A stretch of 64,000 bases of DNA from Candidatus Marinacidobacterales bacterium (GCA_965219415.1 CBDCNP010000002.1:4032001-4096000); one strand, 5' to 3'; shown: positions 20,672-31,380, numbered from the stretch's first letter. Made by a program: numbers and translations. Notes: generated by a model not told the origin, from the sequence alone.

Positions 20672-22396
20672 CTACTTACTTCTGAGCTTCTGGGTGGCTT
20701 CGGGGTCCACTCGAAGGTCCTCCCCCGTCAGCACAACGCCGTATGTGTCTTCTGCGGCTTGGCGGCTCACGTAGCCATTCATCGCGTCCACGCGGACGAG
20801 CTCCGGGTCCCGCTCGAGCGGATTGCCGAAACCTCCTCCACCACCGGTCTCGCAGACGAGCCGCCCGCCCTTCTTGACTGGCATCTGCTCGATCTTCAAG
20901 ACCTTCTCGGTCTCGTCCGAATCGGGATGGTGAACGGTGACGTTGGGCTTGGAGCCATCTTCCCCTTCGAAGAGTCCCCAGGAGGGGGTGTGAGCGCGGT
21001 CGAAGTGGAGCGTCACGCGGGAGTCGGTCAGCAATTCGTACTCCTTGACGACGTTCAATCCCCCGCGGTGCTGACCCGGACCCCCGGTGTCCGGTCCCAG
21101 ACCGAAGCTCTTGATCCGGATCGGGAAGCGGCCCTCGAGGGACTCGACCGGGATGTTGCGGAAGTCCCCCGCGGCGGAGTGGATGATCGCGCTCTCCCCA
21201 TCGGTCTTAGAGCTGGCTCCCCAACCTCCGTCCAGCGCCTCGGTGCTGCAGTAGAATTCCCGGCTTCCGGGACGCTCTCCCATGATCAACACATTCCACG
21301 AATCACCCGGGAGTCCGGCGGCCGCGTTCTCCGGCATGACGGGTGCTAGTGCCTTGATAATGAGATCCAGCATCAACATGCCCGGGTGGGGATGCATGCA
21401 GGCGGCCGGTTGCTCGGCGGCAAAGACCGAGCCCGGCTCGGAGATGACTTCGAGCGGGATGAAGCTCCCGTGGTTCACCTCGGGATGAGGATCGGGGTAA
21501 AGGAAGGCGAGACCGAGTCTAGCCGCGGAGACGGTGTTGGCGAAACCGCAGTTGATATTGCCGGCGCGCTGCTTGCTGGAGCCGGTGGTATCGATCGTCA
21601 TTTCGTCGCCCGCCACCGTCACCTTGACCTTCACCGGTACGGGGTCCTTGGTGATGAAATCGTCGTCGGCGTAACCTTCGGCTTTGTAGACTCCGTCGGG
21701 AATGCCGGCGATGAACTTTCGGTACTTTGCCTCGGTGGCGTCGAAAATACTCTGGGTGCAGGCCCGTAGTGTCTCTAGACCAAACCGATCGATGAGCTCG
21801 CGGTAGCGTTTCTCACCCATGCGTGCCGCCGATACCTGCGCATTCAGGTCCCCCCTGAGAGTCTTGGGCCGCCGGCTGTTGAGAAGTAGGATGTCGAGCA
21901 CGTCTTGCACATATTCGCCTTGCGACATGATGCGGGTCGCGCCCCAACGCACGCCTTCTTGATAAATCTCGGTCGTGTTCACCGGGAATCCAGGCTCCGC
22001 GGTACCGATGTCGATCCAATGGGCGCGGATCGCGGCAAAGCCGATGAGCTCGCCCTTGTACGTCAAGACGCTGACCACATCGACGTCGTTCAAGTGACCA
22101 CCGGTGATGTAACTGTCGTTCACCGTGAAGACATCCCCCTCGTGCAGGTCTTCGAGTCCGTACTTTTCGATCACCGCTTTAGCGCCGGAATCGAGCCCGC
22201 CGATGAAGAATGGATGCCCCGGAGCCTGACCGAGTGTCTCGACCCGCTCGTTGAAGAGCCCGACCCCGTAGTCGTGGCATTCGTAGATCACCGGCGAGAA
22301 GGCGCTTCGTCCGAGAACGGTGCTCATGTCCTCGGCGGTCGCGTTATAGCCGTTGCGGATGACCTCGGTGGTGATGGGATCAATGCGCGCACTCAT
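20672..22396 (-). CDS. Hydantoinase B/oxoprolinase family protein
   Basis: IDPITTEVI, AFSPVI, NDSYITGGHLND, AHWIDIG, GGGGFG. Confidence 0.92.
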   Translation of the reverse strand: MSARIDPITTEVIRNGYNATAEDMSTVLGRSAFSPVIYECHDYGVGLFNERVETLGQAPGHPFFIGGLDSGAKAVIEKYGLEDLHEGDVFTVNDSYITGGHLNDVDVVSVLTYKGELIGFAAIRAHWIDIGTAEPGFPVNTTEIYQEGVRWGATRIMSQGEYVQDVLDILLLNSRRPKTLRGDLNAQVSAARMGEKRYRELIDRFGLETLRACTQSIFDATEAKYRKFIAGIPDGVYKAEGYADDDFITKDPVPVKVKVTVAGDEMTIDTTGSSKQRAGNINCGFANTVSAARLGLAFLYPDPHPEVNHGSFIPLEVISEPGSVFAAEQPAACMHPHPGMLMLDLIIKALAPVMPENAAAGLPGDSWNVLIMGERPGSREFYCSTEALDGGWGASSKTDGESAIIHSAAGDFRNIPVESLEGRFPIRIKSFGLGPDTGGPGQHRGGLNVVKEYELLTDSRVTLHFDRAHTPSWGLFEGEDGSKPNVTVHHPDSDETEKVLKIEQMPVKKGGRLVCETGGGGGFGNPLERDPELVRVDAMNGYVSRQAAEDTYGVVLTGEDLRVDPEATQKLRSK

Positions 22397-24441
22397 GGCG
22401 TTTTCTCCTTGCGTTCGATGACGAGGTTCCAGTGATCGTCCATGCTGAGCCGAAAGTCGGGCGGTACGACCGTGGTGCAGGATTGCTCTTCCACGATGAC
22501 CGGGCCGTCCTCGGCGTCTCCCGGCTTCAGGCTCCCGCGCTGAACGAACTTCGTTTCGACCGGCTCCTCGTCAAAAATCACCGAGCGCGTGACCGCGGTG
22601 CCGCTCGAGCCGTCCTCGGAGACCACGCCCTTCGACTCTGCCCCTTCGCCGGCGTGAAGAAACCCATGCGCCTCGACACGAAGGTTCACCAGTTCGATCT
22701 CCTCCGCCAGGTTCTTGTGTCCGTAGGCGCGCCCGTAGAGCTCGTCGAAGAGCTTCTTGAGGTTGGGGGCCGCTTTCTTCTCGAGAACGAGCCCCTCGGG
22801 GAGCGGTACATTAATGAAGTACTCTTGGCCGACGTAGCGCATGTCGAGGGAACGCACGAATTTCATGTCGTCCGGTGGAATCTCCTCCGCGGCGAGCACC
22901 AGTCCCAGATCCTTCTCGAGCTTGTTGAAGCGGCCCTCCAAATCCTTCCAATCCAGCTTGCTCATGGGCTCGATGAAGGTTTGCGAAACGTCGTGCCGCA
23001 GATCCGTCTTCAGCATTCCCCAGGCCGAGAAGGCGCCGGCGACGTTCGGGACCAGCACCCGCGAGACACCGAGCTCGCGCGCGATGAGCGCGGCATGCAT
23101 CGGGCCCGCCCCGCCAAAGGCGACCAAAGCGAAACTCCGTGGATCGATGCCTTTGCTGATAGTCACCGTTCGAATGGCGTTGGCCATCTGGGCATTCACG
23201 ACATCGATCATGCCTTCCGCCATTTTCTCGGTGCTCAGCCCGAATTGGTCTCCGAGCTTTTTCACGACTTCCTGAGAGTGATCGGGTAGGAGCTCGACCT
23301 CGCCGGCCAGTGAAGTTTCCGGATTGATCCGACCCAACACGAGATTAGCATCGGTGACGGTGGGCACTTCGCCACCCCGCCCGTAACAAGCCGGTCCCGG
23401 TACCGCCCCGGCACTTTGGGGCCCGACGCGCAGCGCGCCGGCATCGTTCCACGCGATGCTGCCGCCTCCGGCACCGATGGTATGGAGATCCACCATAGGG
23501 GCCAGCACCGGAAAACCACCGAGGCGCTTTTCCGAGGTCACCGCCACCTGACCGTCAACGACCAAGCTCACGTCGAAGCTGGTCCCGCCCATATCCACGC
23601 AGATCAGATTCGGCTCCTCCATTTGCTTGGCCAGCGCCTTGCTGCCGACGCTGCCCCCGACCGGCCCCGACATGAGAGTGAGCACGCCGCGCGACTCGGC
23701 TTCAGCGGCTTGGATCAAGCCACCGTTGGATTGCATCAGGTAGACTTTCTTGTCGTATCCCCGTTCCTCGAGCGCCTTCCTGAGTTTGCGAAGATAGCTC
23801 TCCAAGATGGGCGAGACGTAGGCGTTCATCACGACGGTGCTCGTTCGCTCGAACTCTCGCCATTCTCGACAGACCCGATGGGACGGAGACACGAAAAGTT
23901 CCGGCCCTTGCTCACGAAAGAAATCGGAGACCACTTCCTCATGGGCCGGGTTCAAGTACGAATGGAGAAAACACACCGCAAGGGACTTGATGTCCCTCTT
24001 CTTGAGCTCGTCGAGAATCTGCGGGAGCTGCTCCTGATTGAGCGGCTGGATGACGTTGCCTGCTCCGTCCAGACGCTCTTCCACTTCGAACGTCAAATGC
24101 CGGGGTACCAGGGGCTCTGCGTTTCGGTAGTGCAGATCGTACATGCGGATACGACTACCGCGACCCATGACGTACACATCGCCGAAGCCCTTGGTGGTCA
24201 AGAGTGCGGTGCGGGCGCCCTTTCTTTCCAGAAAAGCGTTCAGCTGGGCCGTCGTGCCGTGAACGAAGGTCCGCATCTCGGAGAAGTCGTCGAGCACTTG
24301 CGACAGGGCATGAGTGACTCCCGCCGAGTAGTCCGGGGGTGTCGAGGGGACCTTGGCCATTCGCAGCTGGCCGTTTTCCTCCAGCATCACCAGGTCGGTG
24401 AAGGTGCCTCCGATGTCTACTGCGATACGACATTTGCTCAT
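22393..24441 (-). CDS. Hydantoinase A/oxoprolinase family protein
   Basis: VDIGGTFTD, HGTT, DMGGTSFD, IGAGGGS, FGGAGPMH. Confidence 0.92.
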   Translation of the reverse strand: MSKCRIAVDIGGTFTDLVMLEENGQLRMAKVPSTPPDYSAGVTHALSQVLDDFSEMRTFVHGTTAQLNAFLERKGARTALLTTKGFGDVYVMGRGSRIRMYDLHYRNAEPLVPRHLTFEVEERLDGAGNVIQPLNQEQLPQILDELKKRDIKSLAVCFLHSYLNPAHEEVVSDFFREQGPELFVSPSHRVCREWREFERTSTVVMNAYVSPILESYLRKLRKALEERGYDKKVYLMQSNGGLIQAAEAESRGVLTLMSGPVGGSVGSKALAKQMEEPNLICVDMGGTSFDVSLVVDGQVAVTSEKRLGGFPVLAPMVDLHTIGAGGGSIAWNDAGALRVGPQSAGAVPGPACYGRGGEVPTVTDANLVLGRINPETSLAGEVELLPDHSQEVVKKLGDQFGLSTEKMAEGMIDVVNAQMANAIRTVTISKGIDPRSFALVAFGGAGPMHAALIARELGVSRVLVPNVAGAFSAWGMLKTDLRHDVSQTFIEPMSKLDWKDLEGRFNKLEKDLGLVLAAEEIPPDDMKFVRSLDMRYVGQEYFINVPLPEGLVLEKKAAPNLKKLFDELYGRAYGHKNLAEEIELVNLRVEAHGFLHAGEGAESKGVVSEDGSSGTAVTRSVIFDEEPVETKFVQRGSLKPGDAEDGPVIVEEQSCTTVVPPDFRLSMDDHWNLVIERKEKTP

Positions 24442-24568
24442 GGTCTCGTCCCTGCGCTCGGTCGGAATGGATTCACCGCGTCGATCTGATAATCTAAGCC
24501 GCCGACCCGGAGGCGATCGTACTCGATCCCCGAGGACGTGTCGACGTTCAAGGGTCAGGGCGCAAAGG

Positions 24569-25582
24569 ATGAGACTCGTACGGCAGGCATCGCGGCGGTT
24601 GGCCCTCGCGCTCATCGTCGTCTGGGGTGTCACGCTGGTCACCTTCGTCGTCGCCCGACTGCTTCCCGGCAATCCCGTCTACCTCATCGTAGGGAACCGT
24701 GCCGACCAGGCCACGATTGAAGAAGCGATGGCCAAGTACGGATTCGATAAGCCGATTGTCGAACAGTACTTCATCTACATGGGAGGGCTCCTGCGTGGCG
24801 ACCTGGGCGACGCGTGGACGACATCCAACCCAGTCACGACGGATATCTATGAGCGCTTCCCGGCCACGCTCGAGCTGGCCTTGGTCTCGTTCGTCCTGGC
24901 GATTCTGATTGCCGTGCCACTCGGTTCGGTGGCGGCCCTCGAGCCGCGGACCCGATGGGATCGCTTTGCTCGCGTCGTCTCCACCGGCGGCGTGGCGGTG
25001 CCTCAGTTTTGGTTGGGGTTGATGTTGATCTATGTCTTTTTCTTCAAGCTTCAACTCTTCCCGCCCCCGATGGGTCGGTTGCCTCTGGCGACGTTTCCCC
25101 CACGTTTCACCGGGCTCCTACTCGTCGACACTTTGGTGGCGGGAGACCTCGCGCTCTTCCGGTTGGCGGCCCGAACGCTGTTTCTGCCGAGCCTTACGCT
25201 GGCGCTCGCGGTCCAGGCTCCCATCTTGAACCAGATCCGTGTCAGCCTAAGAGCAGCGCTCGACTCTCAGCCCATACTCGCCTCGCGGGCGTTGGGACTC
25301 CCGCGCCGTGAATGGATCTTTCGCGCCTTTTGGCTGGGGTTTTTGCCGGTGCTCAATATGGTCGGCATCTCGCTCGGGTTCTTGCTCGGTGGGACGGTCC
25401 TCGTGGAGAGCGTTTTCTCGTGGCCGGGCATGGGGCTCTACGCTCTGCAGGCTATGAACGCGAGTGACTACGCCGCGGTTCAAGGGGTGGTCTTGGTCAG
25501 CGCGCTCATCTACGTCACCGTTTATCTGGTGCTCGATTTACTGCAGCTTCTTATCGATCCCAGGACTCGAGCGGAGCCATGA
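24569..25582 (+). CDS. Peptide ABC transporter permease (DppB-like)
   Basis: LRGDLG, FPATLEL, VESVFSWPGMG, DY..VQG, DPR. Confidence 0.9.
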   Translation: MRLVRQASRRLALALIVVWGVTLVTFVVARLLPGNPVYLIVGNRADQATIEEAMAKYGFDKPIVEQYFIYMGGLLRGDLGDAWTTSNPVTTDIYERFPATLELALVSFVLAILIAVPLGSVAALEPRTRWDRFARVVSTGGVAVPQFWLGLMLIYVFFFKLQLFPPPMGRLPLATFPPRFTGLLLVDTLVAGDLALFRLAARTLFLPSLTLALAVQAPILNQIRVSLRAALDSQPILASRALGLPRREWIFRAFWLGFLPVLNMVGISLGFLLGGTVLVESVFSWPGMGLYALQAMNASDYAAVQGVVLVSALIYVTVYLVLDLLQLLIDPRTRAEP

Positions 25583-26418
25583 ACGAGTCGGAATCGCCAC
25601 GGGAGAGAGGTCTGGTGCGTCAGCTCCTCGCATCCCGATCGGTGTGGCTCTTGAGTTTCTTGTTCTTGTCGGCGATTTTCGGTCCGCTCTTCATGAGTCA
25701 TGACCCCGTCGGTCTCGACTCGGCGAAGCGTTTGCTGCCGCCATCCACTCAAAACTGGTTCGGGACCGATGGGTTCGGGATGGACATCTTCACTCGCATT
25801 CTTTACGGAGCTCGGACCGATCTGCTCCTCGCGTTTTCCGCTGCGGGTTTGGCAATGGCGTTCGGGTCCATTCTCGGGGCGCTGAGCGGCTATATCGGGG
25901 GTTGGCCAGACAACGTGCTTCAGAGAATGACCGAGATCATCCAATCCTTTCCAGTCGTTCTTTTTGCTATGGCCGTCCTCACCGCCCTCGGCGTCACCTT
26001 GACCAACTTGGTGGTGGTCATTGCGGTGATCAACATACCGGTCTACGTGAAGATCGTGCGAAGCGTGGTGATGCCTATGCGATCCGCGGAGTTCGTCGAA
26101 GCCGCGAGGGCCGCCGGGCACGGAACGCCGGCCATCGTCTTTCGTCACATCCTGCCCAATACCGTGGGCCCGGTCATGGCCCAGTTTTCGATCAATTGCG
26201 CCTGGTCGATTCAGATCATCGCCGGACTTTCATTCCTGGGCCTGGGAGTGAGGGTTCCGGAGCCGGAATGGGGACTCATGGTCCAGCAAGGCGCCAACTA
26301 CATCGTGACCGGTCAGTGGTGGGTCTCGTTCTTTCCCGGCATCGCGATTGTGATCGGCGTCTACGCCTTTCAGGTCTTGGGCGATCGCATTCATGCCGTG
26401 GTGGATAGGGAAGCATGA
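25579..26418 (+). CDS. Peptide ABC transporter permease (DppC-like)
   Basis: FGTDGFGMD, EFVEAARAAG, RHILPN, LSFLGLG, PEWG. Confidence 0.92.
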   Translation: MNESESPRERGLVRQLLASRSVWLLSFLFLSAIFGPLFMSHDPVGLDSAKRLLPPSTQNWFGTDGFGMDIFTRILYGARTDLLLAFSAAGLAMAFGSILGALSGYIGGWPDNVLQRMTEIIQSFPVVLFAMAVLTALGVTLTNLVVVIAVINIPVYVKIVRSVVMPMRSAEFVEAARAAGHGTPAIVFRHILPNTVGPVMAQFSINCAWSIQIIAGLSFLGLGVRVPEPEWGLMVQQGANYIVTGQWWVSFFPGIAIVIGVYAFQVLGDRIHAVVDREA

Positions 26419-27374
26419 GCCTTCGAATCCGGGAGCTACGAGTGGAGCTTGGCGAAGGGAGTCACCCGGTCCAAGTGTTGCGGGGCGTCGATCTCGAGCT
26501 TGCTCCGGGAAAGGTGACGGGACTCGTCGGAGAAACTGGCTCCGGCAAGAGCATGACTGCGCTCGCCGCCCTGGGGCTTCTCCCTCCGAACGGACGAATC
26601 GTTTCCGGGAAGATTCGCCTGGACCGCCGTGACTTGCTGACGTTCACCGAAGACGACTGGGAAGGCGTCCGGGGACGGGAGCTCGCGATCATCTTCCAGA
26701 ACGCGAAGGAAGCACTCCATCCTCTCATTCCCATCGGAAGACAGATCGCACGACTTCACCAGAGGCACCATGGGAGTAGCGGAGCGGAAGCTCTAGATTC
26801 CGCCATAAAGATGTTGCGGGAGGTCGGACTCTCCGATGCCGAAGAGCACCTCGATGCCTTCCCTCACCAACTCTCTGGCGGACAGTGCCAGCGGGTCATG
26901 AATGCGATGGCTCTCATTTGCTCGCCCCGTGTTCTCATCGCCGACGAGCCCACCTCGGGCTTGGACGTGACCGTACAGCAGCAGGTGCTCGCCAAGCTGC
27001 TCGAGCGTGTACGCGAGGCCGAAACGACAGTGCTCTTGATCTCGCACGACATGGGTCTCATCCGAAAGGCCTGCGATTTCTTGGCGGTCATGTACGCTGG
27101 TCAAGTCGTGGAGTTCGGGTCCCGCGAGCAGGTTTTGGGAGGCCCCGCCCATCCTTACACGAGAGCCCTGTTGTCCTGCCTCGATCCAAAAGCGGATCGC
27201 ATGGCGTTCGTGCCTGGGAGCGTTCCGGATCTCCGCAACCCGATCGCGGGATGTGCCTTTGCGAATCGATGTCCAGACGTGATGGACGAATGCCGATCCT
27301 TTGAGCCGTTGCCCTACGAGATTCACATCGGCCAATGGGTGCGCTGTCTGCTCCACCGAGAGAAAACGATTTAG
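26415..27374 (+). CDS. Peptide ABC ATPase (DppD-like)
   Basis: GETGSGKS, LSGGQ, IADEPT, C-terminal CxFxxRC. Confidence 0.92.
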   Translation: MSLRIRELRVELGEGSHPVQVLRGVDLELAPGKVTGLVGETGSGKSMTALAALGLLPPNGRIVSGKIRLDRRDLLTFTEDDWEGVRGRELAIIFQNAKEALHPLIPIGRQIARLHQRHHGSSGAEALDSAIKMLREVGLSDAEEHLDAFPHQLSGGQCQRVMNAMALICSPRVLIADEPTSGLDVTVQQQVLAKLLERVREAETTVLLISHDMGLIRKACDFLAVMYAGQVVEFGSREQVLGGPAHPYTRALLSCLDPKADRMAFVPGSVPDLRNPIAGCAFANRCPDVMDECRSFEPLPYEIHIGQWVRCLLHREKTI

Positions 27375-27377
27375 GAC

Positions 27378-28304
27378 ATGCTCATCGAAGTCGAAGGTCT
27401 CACCAAGCGTTTCCGGCGTCACGGTTTTCTCGCCGGGCGCGATAGAGTGACTGCGGTCGATGGGGTGTCTTTCCAGATCGAGCGCGGCGAGACGCTGGGC
27501 TTGGTCGGCGAGAGTGGATGCGGCAAATCCACGGTCGGGCGGTGCTTGGTGCGTCTCCTTGAGCCGGACGAAGGGCGGATCGATTTCGACGGCGTCGAGA
27601 TTCAGAACCTCGGGACCGGAGGTCTGCGCCCGTTTAGGCGTCGCATGCAGATCGTGTTTCAGAATCCGCTGGGATCGATGAATCCCGTCTACTCTGTTGA
27701 AGGGACGTTGCGAGACTCCTTGCGTCAGCTCCCCGCGTCGGAGAGAGACGAGCGAATCGGAGATCTCCTGAGTCAAGTCGGTCTCGACCGAAGGTTCTCG
27801 CATCGGCGGAGGAGCGAGATGAGCGGGGGACAGCTTCAAAGGGTCAGCATCGCCCGCGCACTGGCCACCGATCCGGAGTTCGTCTTCTTGGACGAGCCCA
27901 CCTCGTCACTCGACCTCTCGGTACGCGGCCAAATCGTGAATCTGCTGATAGAGCTCCAAGAGAAGAAACAGCTCGCGTATCTCTTTGTTTCTCACGATCT
28001 CAGCGTCGTGCGCTTTCTGGCGCACCGAGTCTTGGTGATGTACCTCGGGCAAATCGTGGAAAGCGCTCCCACCGAGGAGATTTTTTCGAAGCCCGCGCAT
28101 CCGTATACCCAGGCGCTGCTAGCTGCGGCTGGCCTCGACGGCGGGTCGGTTCAAGGTGAAGTGACCGAGCTGGGGCGGCCCGAGAAGGGTTGCCGCTTCG
28201 CGAACCGCTGCCCCCACGTGGAGGCTCGATGCCGAGAGGAAGAACCACCCTCGTTCAAAGTTTCTGAATCTCATCAAGCCCGCTGCTGGCTGTTGGAGGT
28301 CTGA
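27378..28304 (+). CDS. Peptide ABC ATPase (DppF-like)
   Basis: GESGCGKS, MSGGQ, LDEPTS, HPYT. Confidence 0.92.
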   Translation: MLIEVEGLTKRFRRHGFLAGRDRVTAVDGVSFQIERGETLGLVGESGCGKSTVGRCLVRLLEPDEGRIDFDGVEIQNLGTGGLRPFRRRMQIVFQNPLGSMNPVYSVEGTLRDSLRQLPASERDERIGDLLSQVGLDRRFSHRRRSEMSGGQLQRVSIARALATDPEFVFLDEPTSSLDLSVRGQIVNLLIELQEKKQLAYLFVSHDLSVVRFLAHRVLVMYLGQIVESAPTEEIFSKPAHPYTQALLAAAGLDGGSVQGEVTELGRPEKGCRFANRCPHVEARCREEEPPSFKVSESHQARCWLLEV

Positions 28305-28364
28305 CCTCTCGAGCCAATCTCCTCCGGACGAGATCCATCCCGGTGACCGTTTTCACCGCGGCCG

Positions 28365-28836
28365 CTACTGATTGACGTTGTGCATAGCCACGTACGCCCA
28401 GCCCACCGACACTCCAATGTACAACGCGATCCGCGTCTTCCGGCCCAGCTTCTTCCCAACGTAGTAGACGGCGAGAGGGGCGGCGACACTGGTGGCGATT
28501 CGTACTCCCCGATTCTGCATTAGCGGATTTGCCTCCTCTGCCCCGTCTCTCGCGAGGGCGATTTCGGTGCTGGCCAAGTCGGCAAACGAGGTGATCATTA
28601 ACGAGGCAAAAAACCCCGGCATCGGTTCCGCCTGCTTGGGGGTCTTCCTTTTCAGGAATCTCTAGAAGGATGGGCCCGCCACAGTCTTCGAGCGCCAGAC
28701 ACGGATGCTCGGCACTCAAAAAGAGCTCGATTTCTTTCGATTCAGGGTCTGTATTTTCTTCTTTCTCTTGCCTTTCGTCAGCCTGGACGGCGGCCCCCCA
28801 TAGGAGGATCGCGATATCCGCGATGATGAGTCTCAT
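28365..28836 (-). pseudogene. Probably frameshifted exported/membrane protein with EANP motif (DUF5658-like)
   Basis: Signal-peptide N-terminus (28836) and the ADLASTE..EANPLM membrane part (28365..28622) lie in different frames. Confidence 0.5.
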
Positions 28837-28967
28837 GATTTCGTCCTTTGGTTATCATAATGAATCCAGGACGGCTGGTTGGGGGGTGCGTCCGTTGCTT
28901 CTCGCTTTGGGGGAGCGAGGCCGGTATCGTACCCGACCCCGTTTCGTGAGGCAACTCCCCCCTCCGA

Positions 28968-28993
28968 GCGAATCTCGCCCGGGCGAGATTCGC
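28968..28993. repeat. Perfect 26-bp palindrome
   Basis: gcgaatctcgccc|gggcgagattcgc. Confidence 0.8.
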
Positions 28994-29061
28994 CTCCCTT
29001 TGACGTCAGAGCGTGTGAAAGGCTATTTTCACCATAATGAAGCTGGCTTCCTTCCTTAAAA

Positions 29062-29160
29062 CCCTCTCCCTTCCGCCTTCGCTGAAGCTTCGGCGGACCC
29101 GCCGAAGTCCTTTGGAACAAAAGCGGACGAAGGCGGGTTGGGAGAGGGTAGGGTGAGGGG
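29062..29160. repeat. Nested REP-like palindromic element
   Basis: Outer ccctctccc..gggagaggg arms enclose ccgccttcgctgaagcttcggcgg..cgaaggcgg. Confidence 0.6.
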
Positions 29161-29162
29161 TC

Positions 29163-29787
29163 GTGGCACTTAACATCGGCGAGCGTCTCGGCCCATACGA
29201 GATCCTCGAACCCATTGGTGCGGGTAGGCGTTCTTCGTTCTCGGCGAAAGCTTCCGGCAGGACTTTGATCGCGACTTCACGCCCGAGCTTTGTGTCCTTT
29301 GCGCGGTAAACTTCGCCCATTAGCCCGCTTCGAGCGAGAAGCGAAAGTCCTGGCGCAATTGAACCATCCTGGCATTGCCCACCTATATGGGCTCGAGCGA
29401 TCCGAAGGGGTCGACTACCTGGCCATGGAGCTCGTGGACGGTGACACTCTTGCCGAGCGGATTGCCCGTGGGCCGATTGCCGTCGATGAGGCACTTCCGC
29501 TTTGCCAACAGATCGCGGAAGCGCTGGAGGCTGCTCATGAAAAGGGAATCATCCATCGCGACTTGAAGCCCGCCAACATCAAGGTCAATCCCGAAGGACA
29601 AGTGAAGGTGCTCGACTTCGGACTGGCCAAGGCCTTCACGGAAGAAACGAGCGACAGTGATTCCTCTTTTTCTCCGACACTCAGCCGGGATGCGACGCGG
29701 GCGGGTGTGATTCTGAGCACCGCGGCTTACATGAGCCCGGAGCAGGCGAAAGGCAAAGCGGTTGATAAACGCACCGACATCTTTTCT
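29163..29787 (+). pseudogene. Ser/Thr protein kinase with internal ~95-bp inversion, truncated by ISL3
   Basis: [12 protein letters not shown] on +, [21 protein letters not shown] on -, then ARFERE..HRDLKPAN..DFG..YMSPEQ on +. Confidence 0.88.
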
Positions 29788-31171
29788 GGGTTTACGCGGA
29801 TTCGTGTGGGTAAGTTCTGACGGAAAAACAGTGTAACTCATTGTGTGGAAAAGGTATCGAGTACTTCATCAGGTGCTGAAAAGTGGTCCATTTTTAGGAT
29901 AGGCTAACCGAGTGAAAAATTCCCAGTCGATCCGCTCGCTGTTTGCGCTGCCAGGTTTCGTGGTTGGTGCCGGATTGAAGGGTCTATTCGGTGACCGATA
30001 CGCCCGTGTCATCCAGCTCAAGAGGCGAAAAAAACAGCTGTGTGCTCTTACTGTGGGCAACGGTGCCGGGGGCGCTATGACAAGCAAGTGTGCCGGGTCC
30101 GCGACCTGTCGTTGGCAGGCTGGCGGATCTATCTGGAATACGAGCGTTGGCGCGTCAACTGTTCTGGGTGCGGCGGTGTGCATGTAGAACACCTAGACTG
30201 GCTGGCGAACAACTCGCGCTACACCCAGCGTTTTGCGACGCATGTGGGCAAGCTGTGCCGGGATATGCCGAACAAGGCGGTGGCCGAGATGGAACGTCTG
30301 CACCACGGTACGGTGAAGGCTCTGGATACGCTCTACATGCAAGAGCAGGTCGACCGGGCGGGGCTACCGGCGCCTCGGGCCATCGGTGTCGATGAGATCT
30401 CCATCCGCAAGGGACATAACTATCGCGTCATTGTCAGCGACCTGGAGCGGGCGCGTCCCATCTGGGTGGGCGGTGAGGGTCGCAAAGAAACCGACATCGA
30501 TTTGTTCTTCAAGGCGCCGGGCGGAAAGAAAAGCGCCCGTATCAAGCTGGCCGCCATGGATATGTGGAAGCCCTTCCGGAACTCGGTGATTCACAACGCG
30601 CCTAATGCGCGGATCATCTTCGACAAGTTTCATATCATGCGTCATCTGTCAAAGGCCCTCGATGAGGTCCGGCGCGGTGAGTACAAACGCCTCAGCGGCA
30701 AGGACCGGTCGTACATCAAGGGGCAGCGTTACACTTTGCTTTCCCGGCGGGAGAACCTGAGCCTAGACGGTCGCCGCGCACTCAAAAAGTTGCTCCAGGC
30801 CAACCGGCGCCTGAACACCGCCTATATTTTGAAGGAGGCCTTCGGGCAACTCTGGGGTTACCGCACCGAACGCGGCGCTCGCGCCTTTTTCACTCGTTGG
30901 AAAGACAGCCTCAAATGGCAACGCCTGCATCCGTACCAGAAGTTCGCCGGTATGATTGAGTCCCATTGGGACGGTATCGCCTCCTACTGTCATCCGGAGA
31001 ACAAAGTCAGTCTCGGCCTAGTTGAAGGGGTCAACAACAAAATCCGTGTTCTGCAACGACGCGCCTACGGCTATCGCGACGAGGAATATCTCAAGCTGAA
31101 GATCGTGGCGGCTTTCCTTCCGCCATTACCCAGAAATGCAGTTTTCAACCCACACGAATCCGCGTAGACCC
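29788..31171 (+). mobile_element. ISL3 family insertion sequence
   Basis: 23-bp terminal IRs GGGTTTACGCGGATTCGTGTGGG / CCCACACGAATCCGCGTAGACCC (1 mismatch); no target duplication. Confidence 0.9.
29912..31167 (+). CDS. ISL3 transposase, likely joined by -1 frameshift at A7 (30028-30034)
   Basis: CxxC zinc finger, IGVDE, AMDMWKPF, DKFH, EGVNNKI..RRAYG; the N-terminus is in a different frame. Confidence 0.85.
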
Positions 31172-31239
31172 TAAAGAACATTATAGCGCGATTCGTCCGA
31201 AGCCGTGACCGCGAGCTTCCGTAGAGCCGTGGGGCCCCC

Positions 31240-31296
31240 CCGCCTCCGCCAAGGCTATGGCGCGGTCCCGCCGAAGCGCTTCGCGCGAAGGGCGGA
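31240..31296. repeat. REP-like element related to the inner element at 29073
   Basis: ccgcctccgccaaggctatggcg..cccgccgaagcgcttcgcgcgaagggcgg. Confidence 0.5.
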
Positions 31297-31380
31297 CCGC
31301 TCGCAGGCTAATCCGTTTTTCATCCGCCCTGCTAGCGAATCGGAGCACCGCAGGCCTCGGCGATTCTCCGAACCTGCTCT

